A stretch of 63,989 bases of DNA, counting the filler, from Atractiella rhizophila (lineage: Eukaryota): NCBI GenBank assembly GCA_021432655.1. It is 5 parts of 5 records of this genome, joined end to end, with 100 filler letters (N's around TTAATTAATTAA, not from the genome) between each part and the next. Parts side by side here need not be neighbours in the genome. Positions count along the whole stretch, not along the records: positions 33,110 to 49,523 come from MU271903.1; 4 more parts are not named here. The stretch is one strand, 5' to 3'. How positions within the stretch are numbered: the stretch's first letter is position 1; each line of letters starts with the position of its first letter. The notes below the pieces were generated by a model, which saw nothing but the letters and a program-made list of their open reading frames with translations, ran no database searches and was not told the DNA's origin. Shown piece after piece: positions 36,611 to 49,623 of this stretch. Position numbers and translations under genes: made by a program.

Positions 36611-38422
36611 CTATCCCAGCGCACTTAGATCCAGACGACCGACAACGTCATCGGCATTCACACCATTCACATCCCTCCAGCTATAATCCGTGAAAAGGTT
36701 CTGAAACCACCGCGTGCCATCTTTCCCTCCATCGTCTCGACTTAAAGAGCCTCCGTCCTCCAAGTCTTCGAGGAGCTCCTGAGTGAGGGCGATGTTGAGG
36801 TTCTCGGCGAGAGCGACGTCGAGCGTCGTCGCTCCTTTTGGAGCGGGTGGGAGAGAGGAGAAAGGATCTTCTTGCTCTTGGGCGGGTGAAGATTCGGCGG
36901 ACGGGTTGGTTTGAGAGGTTAAGAGGAGGACGATACGGTCTGCGAGAGCTGGAGAGGCGTAGTATGGCGTGTAGAGGATGGATAGTCCGGAAGGAAATGT
37001 CTTCATTCGAATCAAGGGAGAACTGGACATGGTTGAAAGGTGTCGGGATGCTTTGAGGAGATCTTCTGGCGAAACAAGAGCTAAGGCGCGCTGGTTCAGA
37101 ACAAGATTGAGAAGAGAGTAAGAGAAGGTACTGACAAACACGACGTGCGCGATTCCAAGCGCACCAAACTTCATCGAGACTCATGATCCCCTTCCCACGT
37201 TCGTCAGCCATCAACCCTTCGCCTTCTCTTCCGCCCTTGAGGCGAACACCTCGTCCATTGAGGACGCCGACCAGCTCTCGACATAGCTCTAGTCCGTCTC
37301 CATCCATCACTGCGGGCTCGACCAAACCGAGAGACAGCAGGGTGCTCTTAATGCTGGTGGTATCCGTTCCCGCCGATTGTGCCTGATCTAGCTTGGTGCT
37401 CAATGCTTGCGCTTCAGTCAATGCATCCTTGTATCGGTACATGAGAGTGTCAAGGTCCGCGAATGCGGATTGGAGGTCGGAGCGCTGGGTTTCTGCTTCG
37501 ATGTCAATGCGCCTGATGAGCCCATCTAACATCGCCCCCTCAGCGACTTAAGTCGAGAGTAAGAGGGAAAGCATACCGATTCCTATGAGAATCTCTTTCT
37601 TTGCTTCCTTACCAGCACCGGCGGCGGTTTGAGGAGTGGGGAGAGTGACCCAGGCGCGACGTGAGATGGCCCGCTTGAGATCCTCGTAGAACTTTTTATC
37701 CCCTCCTTGTCGAAAGCTCAGTCGAACCTCTTCCTCCTTTGCCGCTGATGAGGGAACGGTCGCTGGGAGAGAGGCTGAAGCGAGGGCAGATCCGCATATC
37801 TCGCAATGGGAGAGGGAAGGATGGTTGAGGTACGTGCACGCCGGACAAGATATCCGTATGTCGTCTGGAGTTACGGCAGGAGCGGAAGGCGAAGAAGAAA
37901 GGGATGTGACGGCGGGCGAAGGATTTGGGGTAGACGACGACCGCTTGACTCCGCAGAGGGTGCATTTCGCGTGTTCGGCGCCATTCGAGAAAGCGCAAAT
38001 GCTGCATACCCAACTCGCACCTGCCTCCACGTCGTTCGACTCTGCGATATCTGCGGATGAGGTCGACTGCGGCCCGAGGAGGAGTGTGATTTTGGCGCTT
38101 GAGCGCAAGAAGCCGATCCAGGATTCGGTGCGTCGGACGTCCTTGAGGAGGATGTAGAAGGATTCATGCTCGGGACGTGTGGGATGGTGGTATATCAGCC
38201 GGTGGGACGTGAGATGGACGGTGCCTGATGGATGGGATGGTTCCTTTGACTTTCTGGCCACGGCGTGCCATGAGTAAGGCTTAGAAGGGACAGTAGAAGA
38301 TTGACAAACCCACGATAGATGCCTACTGCGTCCTGGAAAGCAGTATAGACTCGTTCGCGTAGAGCTGAGCGGAGAGATGCACTGTCGATAAGCTGTGCAG
38401 ATACATTATGTCTTTTATTCAT
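36611..38422 (-). CDS. VPS36: ESCRT-II subunit Vps36 (split GLUE domain, two NZF fingers, EAP30 domain)
   Basis: QDAVGIYRG, GTVHLTSHRLIY, WVCSICAFSN..CTLCG, CPACTYLNHPSLSHCEICG, RLSFRQGG, AFADLDTLM, WCAWNRAR, LVSPEDL. Start uncertain. Confidence 0.92.
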
Positions 38423-38954
38423 GTCTTGATAAGTGAACTCCATCGGCACTCCATCGGCATCTCCGCTCCACTTCTGCTTTGGATATCCGATCAATGTTAG
38501 CGACACTCCGCGGCTTCAAAGGGACGACCATCACCTGTCAGCAATCGGCATCTGCCACCTGACCTGTCGCCACTTGAACTCCGGACCCCAGACGTCAGGC
38601 CATCGGGTCACGAATCTCGGACAGACTCCGACTCATCCCATCCAATGGTAACAAGCATGCACTGAGGCCACTTTCAAATTCAAATATTCAGCCCTCCCAG
38701 CTTATTTCAAACCGCCATCTCCAACGAGCAGGCGATTACTCCAGGGCTGAGTAGAAAGGGCCGTATCCAAGCAAGTGCGCCAGTGTAAGTCGTCTCCGTC
38801 GGTATGATATCTCTGGAGTGAGCAAGCGTTCAGGCTGGACACGGCGTACTCGAATTAATCATCCTTTAAGCTGGCCGTCAACACGCCATACTGCTAGTCG
38901 GCTCCACGCCACCTACGATTTCAGCTCTCCTCTGAACCACATCGCCGAACCAAC

Positions 38955-40071
38955 ATGCTCCCTCGGCCTCTCGTCTTTTCCCTTCTCGCCATCGCCGTCT
39001 CCGCCGTGCCCACGAACGTCACCGTGGACGACGCGGATCCCTCCATTATCTACAGCGGGGTCTCTTTTTCTCTTTGCACTTTGTACTCCTCGCTCATGGG
39101 TTAAATATAGGTGTGGACCACGCAGTTCTCTGGCGTTTCAAACTTCGACCAAACCCTCCACTCCTCCTTTGACCAAGCCGCCTTCGCATTCTTTCAGTTC
39201 AATGGCACCGCCATACGGTATGTGGGAAGCACTTCGACGGACCACGGACTGGCCCAGTGCGTCATGGATGCGGACAGCACTCAGGCGGTTCGTTTATTTC
39301 TCCATCGTTTCAAACAGGGACGCAGTGTGATGAATATGCAGATCACCTTCAATTCTTCAGCTCCAGAGTTCAATGGACAGCAGACTCTCTGCACGTTCAC
39401 ACAGCTCGACGCTACCGTCACTCACTCCATCACCATTCGTAATTTAGAAGCCAAAGGTGTGTTTTTCCCGTCACAATGATGACTCCGGATTTAATGACTC
39501 CACGGCAGGTGTGGATGTGGATGCCTTCATCTACACCTTCGATCCAGATCCCAATGGCTCTCTCTCGTTGACCACGAGCACCCTGCGCCCCTCAACTCCG
39601 ACATCGCACTCTACGCCAACGTCCAGCACCACTACTAAATCCTCCAGCTCAAATAACCTCGCTCCCATCATTGGCGCCGCGGTTGGAGGCGTCGTGGCTG
39701 CCTGTCTCCTCACCGCCCTCTTCTTCTGGTGCCGGCGTCGCCGTCGTCAATCCAACTCGAAGGCGGAGTACCCGACAGGAACACGACCCGACGTAATCTC
39801 CCCTCCTCCGCCGGCTCCTTACACCATCGATTTCAACACGGTCATGCCTGACATGTCCATGGCTGCACCCGCGAGGTTGGCGAGCACGACCCCGTCACAG
39901 TCTATTTCTCGAATGAGCAATGGCACGCCTGGTGCTCGGTCGACAGCGAGCGGTGGCCTGAGGCAGAGTTTCGGCGTGCAGAGAAGGCTGTCTAACGTTG
40001 ACAAGGTACCGGATACCTACGTCGACTTCAGAGGAGGGGTGATGTACGCCGGCAATCCCCCGACTTCTTAA
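38955..40071 (+). CDS. Single-pass membrane protein: signal peptide, predicted beta-sandwich ectodomain, Ser/Thr stalk, TM helix
   Basis: MLPRPLVFSLLAIAVSA signal; VTVDDADPSIIYSGxW; FQFNGTAI; IIGAAVGGVVAACLLTALFFWC followed by RRRRR. Confidence 0.75.
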
Positions 40072-40533
40072 CTCATCAACTTTTTTCCTTGTGTAAAAGG
40101 AGGATCCGACTACCGTGCCGTGAACCTCATCATATGACCTTGTCATCGATTTACCCTTTTCCAAGGTCGAGGCAATCCACTACGCTGCTTTGAACTAAAA
40201 CTCGCATCGTTTTATTGCTTATTCACACTTGAGTACTTAGGTTTTTGTGTTTCAGTTCGCACAGCATGGGATCGCTCATATATCTACTTGCAGTTTTGGT
40301 GCTCCTGTTTCTTCGAACTTTATCGTTTTCTGCCGTAATAATCCTGTTGATATCTCTCCTTCCCATGGAACCTTCTAATATGATACAACAATGGGATTCG
40401 CCTACGAATCTACCAACCGTCCTGTCTTGTTCCGAGGCTGCGACCTCCATAACTTGTTCATCGCTGTCAGAATATTTTGCTTGCAGTGTATGGTTTTCGC
40501 TCTTGGATCAATCGACCAGAACATCTGCCCTTC

Positions 40534-41862
40534 GTTTGGTCACAAGTCCGGAATCTTCCAATTGGTTCCTCGATCCATCAGAAAAACGGTCTTACAAGCT
40601 TCCTCCTCGGGCGAGCTCGAGATGCAATCAGCTCTGAAGTCTATATAATCAGAACTCTGACATGTCAAAAGACTTCCGTAAAGACTCCACGTCCTTTATT
40701 TCGCCTATCCAGTCGCTCATTTCTGTTCAACTTCGATATCCATGCACTTTTCAATCCTTCTCGCCGTGGCAGCCTTCGCCAGTGCTGCCCAAATCAACAA
40801 ATCCCTTTTCCCCAAAGGAGCCCTACACAAAACGACAGTCATCCCGAACGTACATCTGGGTCCCGTCAATTTCACTAACAGTCGGCCACAAGATGAACGC
40901 CTCCAGCCGACCAAAACCGTCCAGTCCCAGACTTACAGTCACTTTGTAGCCGTGAACGTAACCTCGGCTCGTGGGGGACGATTGCTCCAACCTATCGCCC
41001 ACAGCGGTAACGTCAAGGCTGGTTCCCTGAAAGGGGAGGTCGGGAGTCGCGGTGGTATTCTACTCCGTCCCGTCCATTGGACAGCGAGCCCCCAGCAGTT
41101 TCAGAAATCCACGACCCTTGTTGGGGAAGAAGAAGCTCCTCGAGGTGGAATATTACTGCACGAGTCTACCAACCTCGCCCCTCTCCCCGATAGGCATTTA
41201 TCAGTTTGGTCACAAGTCCGGAATCTTCCAATTGGTTCCTCGATCCATCAGAAAAACGGTCTTACAAGCTTCCTCCTCGGGCGAGCTCGAGATGCAATCA
41301 GCTCTGAAGTCTATATAATCAGAACTCTGACATGTCAAAAGACTTCCGTAAAGACTCCACGTCCTTTATTTCGCCTATCCAGTCGCTCATTTTTGTTCAA
41401 CTTCGATATCCATGCACTTTTCAATCCTTCTCGCCGTGGCAGCCTTCGCCAGTGCTGCCCAAATCAACAAATCCCTTTTCCCCAAAGGAGCCCTAGACAA
41501 AACAACAGTCATCCCGAACGTACATCTAGGTCCCGTCAATTTCACTAACAGTCGGCCCCAAGAAGAACGCCTCCAGCCGACCAAAACCGTCCAGTCCCAG
41601 ACTTACAGTCACTTTGTAGCCGTGAACGTAACTTCCGCTCGTGGGGGACGATTGCTCCAACCTATCGCCCACAGCGGTAACGTCAAGGCTGGTTCCCTGA
41701 AAGGAGAGGTCGGGAGTCGCGGTGGTATTCTACTCCGTCCCGTCCATTGGACAGCGAGCCCCCAGCAGTTTCAGAAATCCACGACCCTTGTTGGGAAAGA
41801 ACAAGCTCCTCGAGGTGGAATATTACTGCACGAGTCTACCACCCTCGCCATTGTCCCCGATA
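40534..41862. repeat. About 660-bp direct duplication (period 670) of promoter and 5' CDS
   Basis: gtttggtcacaagtccgg at 40534 and 41204, with a few SNPs (LHK/LDK, QDE/QEE). Confidence 0.95.
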
Positions 41863-43348
41863 CGCAGTCAGCAGCTGATAGTTCAGATGAGTATCAGAAG
41901 GCTACGACCTTGGTGGAAGGGGATCAATCTGTTCGAGGCGGTAAATTGCTGATCGAATCTTCCTCTATCATTCCGGTCGAAGGTACGAAGTCAGCCATTA
42001 TTCCTTCCGAAGAACAGCTCCTCTCGTCCATCGCGAATAAGGAAGAAGGCGAAGATGTCATGAAGTTGGTACCAGTCGGTGAAGAGTCGTCGCGTGGAGG
42101 AATTCTTTTGGATTCGGTGACTGTGCCTGAAGATTCGCAAGAGCTGGGTCAGAAGCTTGTGCCAGAATCGTTCAGTTCCAACACTGTCCATGGTGAATCC
42201 GAGGAGGCGAGTAAGAAGTTTGTTCCCGTCGGCCAGGAATCACCTCGAGGTGGAACTCTAGTTACAGCCGTTTCTTCTACCACCATCGCCCCCCCTTCTG
42301 TGGTGTCGAACACAAGCATTTCTACTCTCACCGATTATGAGGCTGCCGGGGGAATCACAGATTCGCAGATCTTGAACTTTGCGCTGTCCTTGGAGTATCT
42401 TGAGCACAGGTCTGCTCACACTCTCATTATTCTTTCTTTTGGTTAAAAGTTTGCCGCAGTTTTTACACTCAAGCCTTGAAGAAATTCTCTGCCAATGCTT
42501 TCGCTCAAGGGGGGTACAAGAGCAGTGTACGACGCAAGCTTCAAACGATGCACAGGGAAGAAGGAGAACACATCGAGTTTCTGAAAGGAATATTAGGCTC
42601 TGATGCCCTAAAACCCTGCACCTACAAGTAAGTCGCTTTCTTCCTCGATGAACCGCACCCACTCGGGTAAAAGGTTCAACATCAAGGATGTCAAACAAGT
42701 GATGACGCTCAATCGAATCTTCACCGGAGTCGGTGTCTCCGCTTATATTACCTCTTCCGCCCTCCTTGATGCCCATGCCTATGTTCGTGCAGCGGCGTCC
42801 ATCCTCTCTGTCGAAGCTCGTCAAGCTAGCTGGTCTGCCAACCTCATCGACGGCGAAGCCTTTCCTACGGGTTTCGATAGTGCTCTGTCCCTCGCCGGAG
42901 TCGCGTCTCTTGCGAAAAGCTTCGTCGTTAACTGCCCCAAGGAGAATGCATCAAAGATTGGAAACATCACGAAGGGAAGCAGTGCTTGGAAGACGTTGAC
43001 GGTGAAGGGGAAGACAGTCGCGGGAGAAAAAACGGAACTGGTCTTTGACAGGAAGATGGGGAAGCCGTATTGGGCAGCGTGGATCCACGAGATGAGGTTA
43101 GTTTTCTGTCATCCTCTTTGGGCTCTTCTGAAAGATCGAGTTAGTGTTGATTTTACTAAGATCAATGCGAGAGGTGAAACTGTGGTATGCCTTCTTACAA
43201 GCCTGCCCCGAGGATGCGCTGATTTTTGGGTCATGGCCAGATCCCAAATGGTCTGAAGGGGCAAGTTTATGTGGCGATTACGAAGAATCGGGACGAGCGA
43301 ATTCGTGATAGTGATGTTCTTGCAGGGTTGGCTGTGGTTGATCTGTAA
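41412..43348 (+). CDS. Secreted Rds1-like ferritin-fold protein with N-terminal RGGxLL repeats
   Basis: Signal MHFSILLAVAAFASAA; ITDSQILNFALSLEYLE, GVGVSAY, AASILSVEARQ, SFVVNCP, GQVYVAIT. Confidence 0.8.
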
Positions 43349-43565
43349 ACGCAAGTTTCTAAAGCTTTGAGTATTCTATGTTCTTTTCTCGGCTAGCATG
43401 TAGGAAATTGAATGTTGACCGTAGTATTATTAACACTTGCAAATGTCCTCGCATGAAATGGTTTCGGAAAGTTGCAGGTCCTGAACAGCTAGCCTTGAAT
43501 GTGCCACATTGGATCTCCTCAGAAGAATTGCACGGGCACATTAATGCTGAACATAATCTATCAGT

Positions 43566-44245
43566 CTATCGTAGCGACGAAACTAGCTCCTATTGACCAT
43601 TCTTGGTCTGTCACGTGTCTCACTCAAAGGTAGGAGACGACAAACCCTTTCAACCTTTTGAACTGCTTCCTTGAATTGTCCAACACGAGAAGCACAATCA
43701 AGAGTCCGGTCGGGGTTTGTTCTGTTCGCGGACGATTGTTCATCTCACCTAGACAATATTCAAAAGGAACGCACTTGTAACACTCAACAACCTCCTGACG
43801 TGCTTTCCACACACTGGGCCAGCTGGTTTCTAGATTCCTCTCCTCCTTCAATCGTTCCACCTTCCTCCTTACCTCCTCCAAGTCCCCCTCCAGCAGCACG
43901 CTACTTGTGATCCCATCCTCGACCTCCTTATCCAAGTTCTCCTTCTCCAGCTCTGCCGATATCTTCGCAGCTATCTCATCTTCCTCGGCTCGTAGGTTTT
44001 CGACTTCGCGAGCAATTTTCGAGCGTATGTGAGAGTCTAGGAGCTCCTGGCGAGACTGGGTAGGGGTAGTTGAAGGTGAACCTGGCGAGTTGGAGGAATG
44101 TGAAAGCTCGGATATGACGCTGTTTGAGAACTGCCTTCCTGCGTCAGTTGTTGCAAAAAGTATGCAATGAAGAATTACGGACACCGACAGAGGTAGGATA
44201 GCTCTCCTCCTGCGAACCCGCTTCTTTTGAGCCAGAAGACCCCAT
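43566..44245 (-). CDS. MIC19: MICOS subunit Mic19 (DUF1690-like)
   Basis: MGSSGSK myristoylation-type start, QFSNSVISEL, RQELLDSHIRSKIAREV, ARQEVVECY...RTLDC twin-Cys C-terminus. Confidence 0.8.
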
Positions 44246-44356
44246 CTTGCCAATTTGCTTTCTGTTAGTCTCGAACCAAACCAACAGTCATTGAGTCATT
44301 CTTTTACTGTCGAGTCATCCAATCAGGTCCTCTTTGCTGCTACCTTTTGAAAGACG

Positions 44357-45881
44357 ATGTCCCCTGCTCCCACTCCAGCAAGCGCTCTTCCCAGCACGGG
44401 CAAGGCGAACTCAAAGCAGGATAAGAAAGCAGATAAAGCAGCACGCCGGCAGGCAGCAAAAGGAGCCGCACCCGCTCCCCCTCAACAACCAGCTCAGCAA
44501 AGCCGTCAAATGGACCGACAATCAACGTCAATGTCAACAAAGCGCCTGCGATCACAACGTCCGCCGCGCCAAACAATAGATCTACGAAAGAAAAGCTACC
44601 CGTAACTCCAACCGCCACAACAGTCGCTTCAGTATCAAGCGCTATCGATCAGCCCTCTCATGCCATTTCTTCGCTCTTGACCCATCTCCCGTCTGCTACC
44701 AAACCGAATAATGTCCTACCTCCGAATCCAGTGCACCCCAAAGTTCAGGCGCTAGCGCTTGAATATTCTACTTTCGCCATAGCTGGGAGCAATGCTCGAG
44801 CAATTGCTATGCTTGAGGCTTTTAAACAGGTATGTCTTCCTCACAACCCGCGTCTGCTACTAAGTTGCACAAACCAGGTCATTAGAGACTATCGAACACC
44901 GAAATCTGAAGCTCTATCGCGGCATCTTCTCTCCCATATATCGCACCAAATCTCCTACCTCGTTGAGCGAAGTCGGCCACTGAGCACCAGCATGGGAAAC
45001 GCCATCCGATATCTCAAATGGGAGATCACAAAATTGGGCCAGGAGAAACAACGAGGAGAGGACGAGGTACAAAACACTATTTTCGATAAAATTTGACTCA
45101 CAGATCCTAGGCAAAGGCGCATTTGATAGAAACGATTGACTACTTCATTCGAGATAGAATCGTCCTTGCTGACAAGATCATACAAGATATCGCTTGCTCC
45201 CGTATTAAAGAAAGCGAAGTAGTGATGGTATATGGACGGTTTGTTTATAACCCCTCTCTGTTCGTCTGTGGCTTGACGCAAAACTATAGGTCGTCGGTCA
45301 TTGAATCTGTCCTTCTTGCTGCACATCGAAGCGGCAAAAGGTTTTCCGTCATCGTGGTGGACTCGCCACTCCTCCACGAAGGACGTACCCTTCTTCCGCG
45401 TTTGCTGTCCCTTGCTCCGGCAATCAGTGTAACCTATCTCCTCCTTCCATCCGTCGGTTCACTTCTCCAGTCTTCAACCCCTCCCACGCTTTTCCTTTCT
45501 GGCGCACACACAATTTTCTCGAACGGGAGCGTCATGGCTCGATCCGGTACATCTCTCATTGCTTCTTTAGTCAACAAGAAAGGAGGGATACCGGTTGTAT
45601 TCTGCTGCGAGACATACAAGTTTTCTGAAAAGGTTGCCCTTGAGAGCGTCGTCATAAACGAGCTTGGTTGGTCCCCTCGCCCCTCCCGCCTGCTCTCAGC
45701 TAACCTTGTTCGTATTGCAGCACCTAAAAAGAAAGGCGGGATGGAGAACGAGCTGCTTTACGACGTTACCACAAGCAGCAATGTCACTTGTGTCATTTCT
45801 GAGGCTGGAATGGTACCTGTGGAAAGCGCCGCAATTTTGCTTAGAGAGTTTAAGCCTATCCTTGCTGGAGCGGAGAGCTAG
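44357..45881 (+). CDS. GCD2: Translation initiation factor eIF2B delta subunit (apparent 1-nt frameshift near 44480)
   Basis: VHPKVQAL, GSNARAIAMLEAFK, RPLSTSMGNAIRYLK, FIRDRI, VVDSPLLHEG, SNGSVMARSGT, CCETYKFSEKV, LLYDVT. Confidence 0.92.
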
Positions 45882-46047
45882 GTTTACTAGGTGCAGGAGA
45901 TAAAATGTATAGCAGTCATAGCTTTTTCTTGTATGAAAAGGAGATTGGATCAGCTTGAATTTGAAACCAGACGTCACGGACAAAATATGCACAATATACA
46001 CCACAAGTCCAAATCATGCAGAGAGACATCAAGCGGATAGAGCGGCA

Positions 46048-47096
46048 CTACGGCTTCGGAATCTTGAGGGTCTTAGACACCATCGCCGCTGCCCAAGCGC
46101 CATAAACAGCGCTGAACCAATGTACTTCCAGGCCTGTCGTGTTGTACAGTCCAGCCCATATACCAAATGGCAGTCCTTTTTCTCCTAAATACTCTCCACG
46201 TCGCAAACAAATCGCCCAGAGCCCAATAACAACAAGGGAGGTGGGTATTGGGAGACCCTCGAAATATTTGGACTTGCCGCTTGCGTCTTTGGGGAGGGAG
46301 GCGACTGTTGCGTTGAAACGAGCGAGACGAGCGATGCCACAACAAATGAACATAGTCAAGATGGAGACATCGAGAGGGGTGCGGAGGCCCATCGTGAATC
46401 CTACTAGAGCGGGAGCAACTCCGAACGACAGCTATGGCACCTTATTAACGAAGCAAAGAGAGGTTAAAAGATGGTTGAATAACGAACTGAGTCGGCGAGA
46501 GAGTCGAGTTCCTGTCCAAGCATCGAAGACTCATTGCGCCAGCGTGCAACTTTGCCGTCCAAAAAGTCGAAGATCAGCCCACCCAGCGGAAAGAACAAGG
46601 ATGCCCAAAGATGGGATTTGTCGTTGGACAGCAGATAATTGGCCGACGAAAAGACGGACATCGAGCCGCACACGCCATTCATGAGTGTGACAAGATCTGC
46701 AACTCGGAAGTTGCTACGCAGCGCCTCTCAGCCCATTCATGGTAAAACGTAGAAGGCCTCACCGAACTAAGGAGAAATGCCTGTCATCGTCAACGAACTG
46801 CTTGAGGTGCTGCTGTTCACTCTTCTGCTTCTCAGTCTTCTCTTCCTCAACAGCTACCGAATCGCTGCTTCCATGGCCCTTTAGCGCACCCAGAATATCT
46901 TGCTTCCCCTGTGCGATATTTACACTCTCACGTCGTGAGGCCAATGCTTCTGCAATGGCTTCAGTGGGAGGTGAGGGTGCCGGTTTTGCGGAGATAGGTC
47001 CTTCTGAGGGAATAGTAGCGGTATATTCAGCAGCAGTTCCTGGACCGGGATAAATGCCTGTCAATCAGAAGCTGCGATGGGATGCTAACCTGGCAT
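46048..47096 (-). CDS. CHO1: CDP-diacylglycerol--serine O-phosphatidyltransferase (phosphatidylserine synthase)
   Basis: [70 protein letters not shown]. Confidence 0.95.
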
Positions 47097-47473
47097 AATG
47101 TATCACGTATGAAGTTTTTCGCTTGCTTGTTTTTGAGCTTTCGGTTTTTCGTCACAACAAAGTTAGTCGTAAGTTACGGGGGCAGACAGGTGTCGTTATT
47201 GGGGAGCAAGTAGGCGCTCCTTAGTGGTCAGTGGTCGTGGTCGATTTCGTGGTCGTTTTGAGCCATTACATCACCAAGCTTCGCATTCTTCTGCACATCT
47301 TTCAGGAGGAGTCAAGGCGTAATCAGGTTCCATACCACATCCTGGTCCTAGGATTTCATGCTGCGGCATGGTTTAGCTACGTTCTAAGGATCGATCCCTT
47401 CCGATTCGTATATAACACTTCTGGTCGATCCTTATGACAACTAAACTCGTTCGTGTTTGAGTAGGCAACGAAA

Positions 47474-48269
47474 ATGGCACCTTGTGACTGAGTTCTCGTC
47501 TGTTCAGCGCTCTCCTTTACTGATGTTGAGGGTAGCCATTCTCCTCACTGGACTTCACTGGACCCAACCCTCCCTCCCCGGCTGGGGATGGAGCGAGGAG
47601 CGCGTCAGAACCGGCTTAGCCAAATGCGAAGAGATTATGTTGGACGCCGGATACGATTACGAGGGTGCGCCGCTCACCCCCATTGCGTTCCATGTTCCCT
47701 GTCTCATTAGGCATTGGAGGGTTCTGGTTTCACCCCGTATGTCCTTCTTGTTCGCTTATTCAGTTTCAACTGATTAGTCTTAGGATGACACTTTCGAACA
47801 ATTCAAAGAGAAGCTCATCACGAAAGTCACTGAAAAGCATTGGGATGGGTCAGTTCCTTCTTCCGCAGAAGGCCAGATGAACTGAAGTGGTGCCCTTGCT
47901 TTTTGGCGTGTCCCTATTCCTCGACCTTGCTCAATTGGCCGATCACAATCGCCTGCACAATTACATTCCTACATTCCCCGAAACTACTATCGAAACTGCT
48001 GTAGAATCATGGTGTGTTGGCTACTGAAGTCACAAGCTTTCTGATATGTTGGCAGATTGGCTGGGGAGTTCGGGGAAATATCCAGATCACCAATTGGTTT
48101 GAAGATATGTCAGTATCAATGCTTCTCCTTTGATCTCAGCCTGAAAGGTTGCAAATATAGGGTCAACGTCGCAAAGGACCACTCTCCGAAATCCAGGCTT
48201 ATGTTCAATTGGAGCCCGGAATCAACGCTCGACATGGCTCAGAGGTCCTTCCCTTACAAAAAATCATAA
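47474..48269 (+). CDS. Small multi-exon conserved-looking hypothetical protein
   Basis: Exons give KHWDG..IGWGVRGNIQITNWFED.VNVAKDHSPKSRLMFNWSPESTLDMAQRSFP. Confidence 0.6.
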
Positions 48270-48427
48270 GCACATTGTTCTGTTCAGCCCTACTCACTTT
48301 CGCGCAATCGGGCAATCGAGACTAGCGATTTTTGTATCGATCTGAGAGTACGAATGCATTGAAAATTGAACGTGATGCCACAATGTACATTTCAACCTCG
48401 TAAACGGGACAAGTCTCAAATTCCTAA

Positions 48428-49523
48428 CTACAACTCGCCAACATTTTGCTTCTCGATAGCCTGATATATGATCTCCTTCACCCAATCTCCTCTCGGTTCA
48501 ATCCTGCACTGGAAGTGTTGCGGGTGGCTCGAAAACCCAGGTGTAAAAGCGTCGGGATCAAGGGGATACTTCTTGCCGCTCGCGTCGAACTCAGGTCCGA
48601 TCTTGAAAGCCCACAAAATGCGAGAGAAGACAATGAAAAGTGAGCGTTCTGCAATCCACTGCCCAGGACACTTTCGCCGACCCAGCCCAAATGCAACCGT
48701 CCCGTGATCAGAAAACTTGCCGTCCTGAATAAATCTTTCTGGCAGAAACTTCTCTGGTTGGGGGAACGTGTCGGGATCCATGTGTATCGACCAATGGCAG
48801 GCGAGAACTGTGCTTCCTTTCGGGATGAAATAGCCTTCATAGACGTCATCCTCCTGTTGACAGTAAATCAGACGTGTATTACACTAAGACTGGGCACCTA
48901 CAATGCTAGCGTGTGCAAGACCTCCAGCAATGACACTTCGCCATCGTAAGCATTCCTGGATGACCGCTTGGACGTAGGGGAGAGAGTTTTCGTCAGGGAA
49001 GTCGGGCATTCGATCCTGACCAATGACGCGATCCAACTCTTCATGTGCTTTGTCCACAACATCAGGACGGTAGGCCATACAGAATATGAACGTGGAAATC
49101 ATATCGGACGTGGTATCCTTTGAACAATATGAACACAAAGCATTGATGAGAGAGGAAAATTTAGCACAGAACCAGCCCCATACATCGCACCAGCAAGGAA
49201 TGTTGCCTCGGGTTCAGAGAGGCCGTACTCTGCCTGAAGTTCGAGAATATACTTCGCGAAACAGTGTTGATCTTTCCCTTGTGCTACTTGCCAAGTAAGC
49301 GTCCTTTCAGTGCAGCAAAGGGATGACATACCAACATTTTGGCGCACGTCATTGACATGCGAGCGGAAAAGTTCAAGTGTGTCCTCAAAAATCTCGTCGG
49401 CCTCCCGCTTCCACGGCGCCAAAAACTTCGGGAGGTAGTTTATGAGAGGAAAAGAATCCACTGCCATAGATTTGATATAATGTCGTGAGGAAACGAGAAA
49501 CGCACCTAAGTAAGCACCAGGTA
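48428..49523 (-). CDS. Cytochrome P450, 3' half (5' truncated by contig end)
   Basis: I-helix AGAMYGAG.DTT, ExxR (ECLRW), PERF, heme motif FGLGRRKCPG. Confidence 0.95.
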
Positions 49524-49623
49524 NNNNNNNNNNNNNNNNNNNNNNNNNNNNNNNNNNNNNNNNNNNNTTAATTAATTAANNNNNNNNNNNNNNNNNNNNN
49601 NNNNNNNNNNNNNNNNNNNNNNN
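49524..49623. other. Artificial contig-joining spacer
   Basis: 44N-TTAATTAATTAA-44N. Confidence 0.98.

Noticed and set aside
4582..47096. Apparent lipid-biosynthesis cluster (CPT1, PIG-A, CHO1)
   Set aside because: The three genes lie on different contigs separated by artificial spacers.
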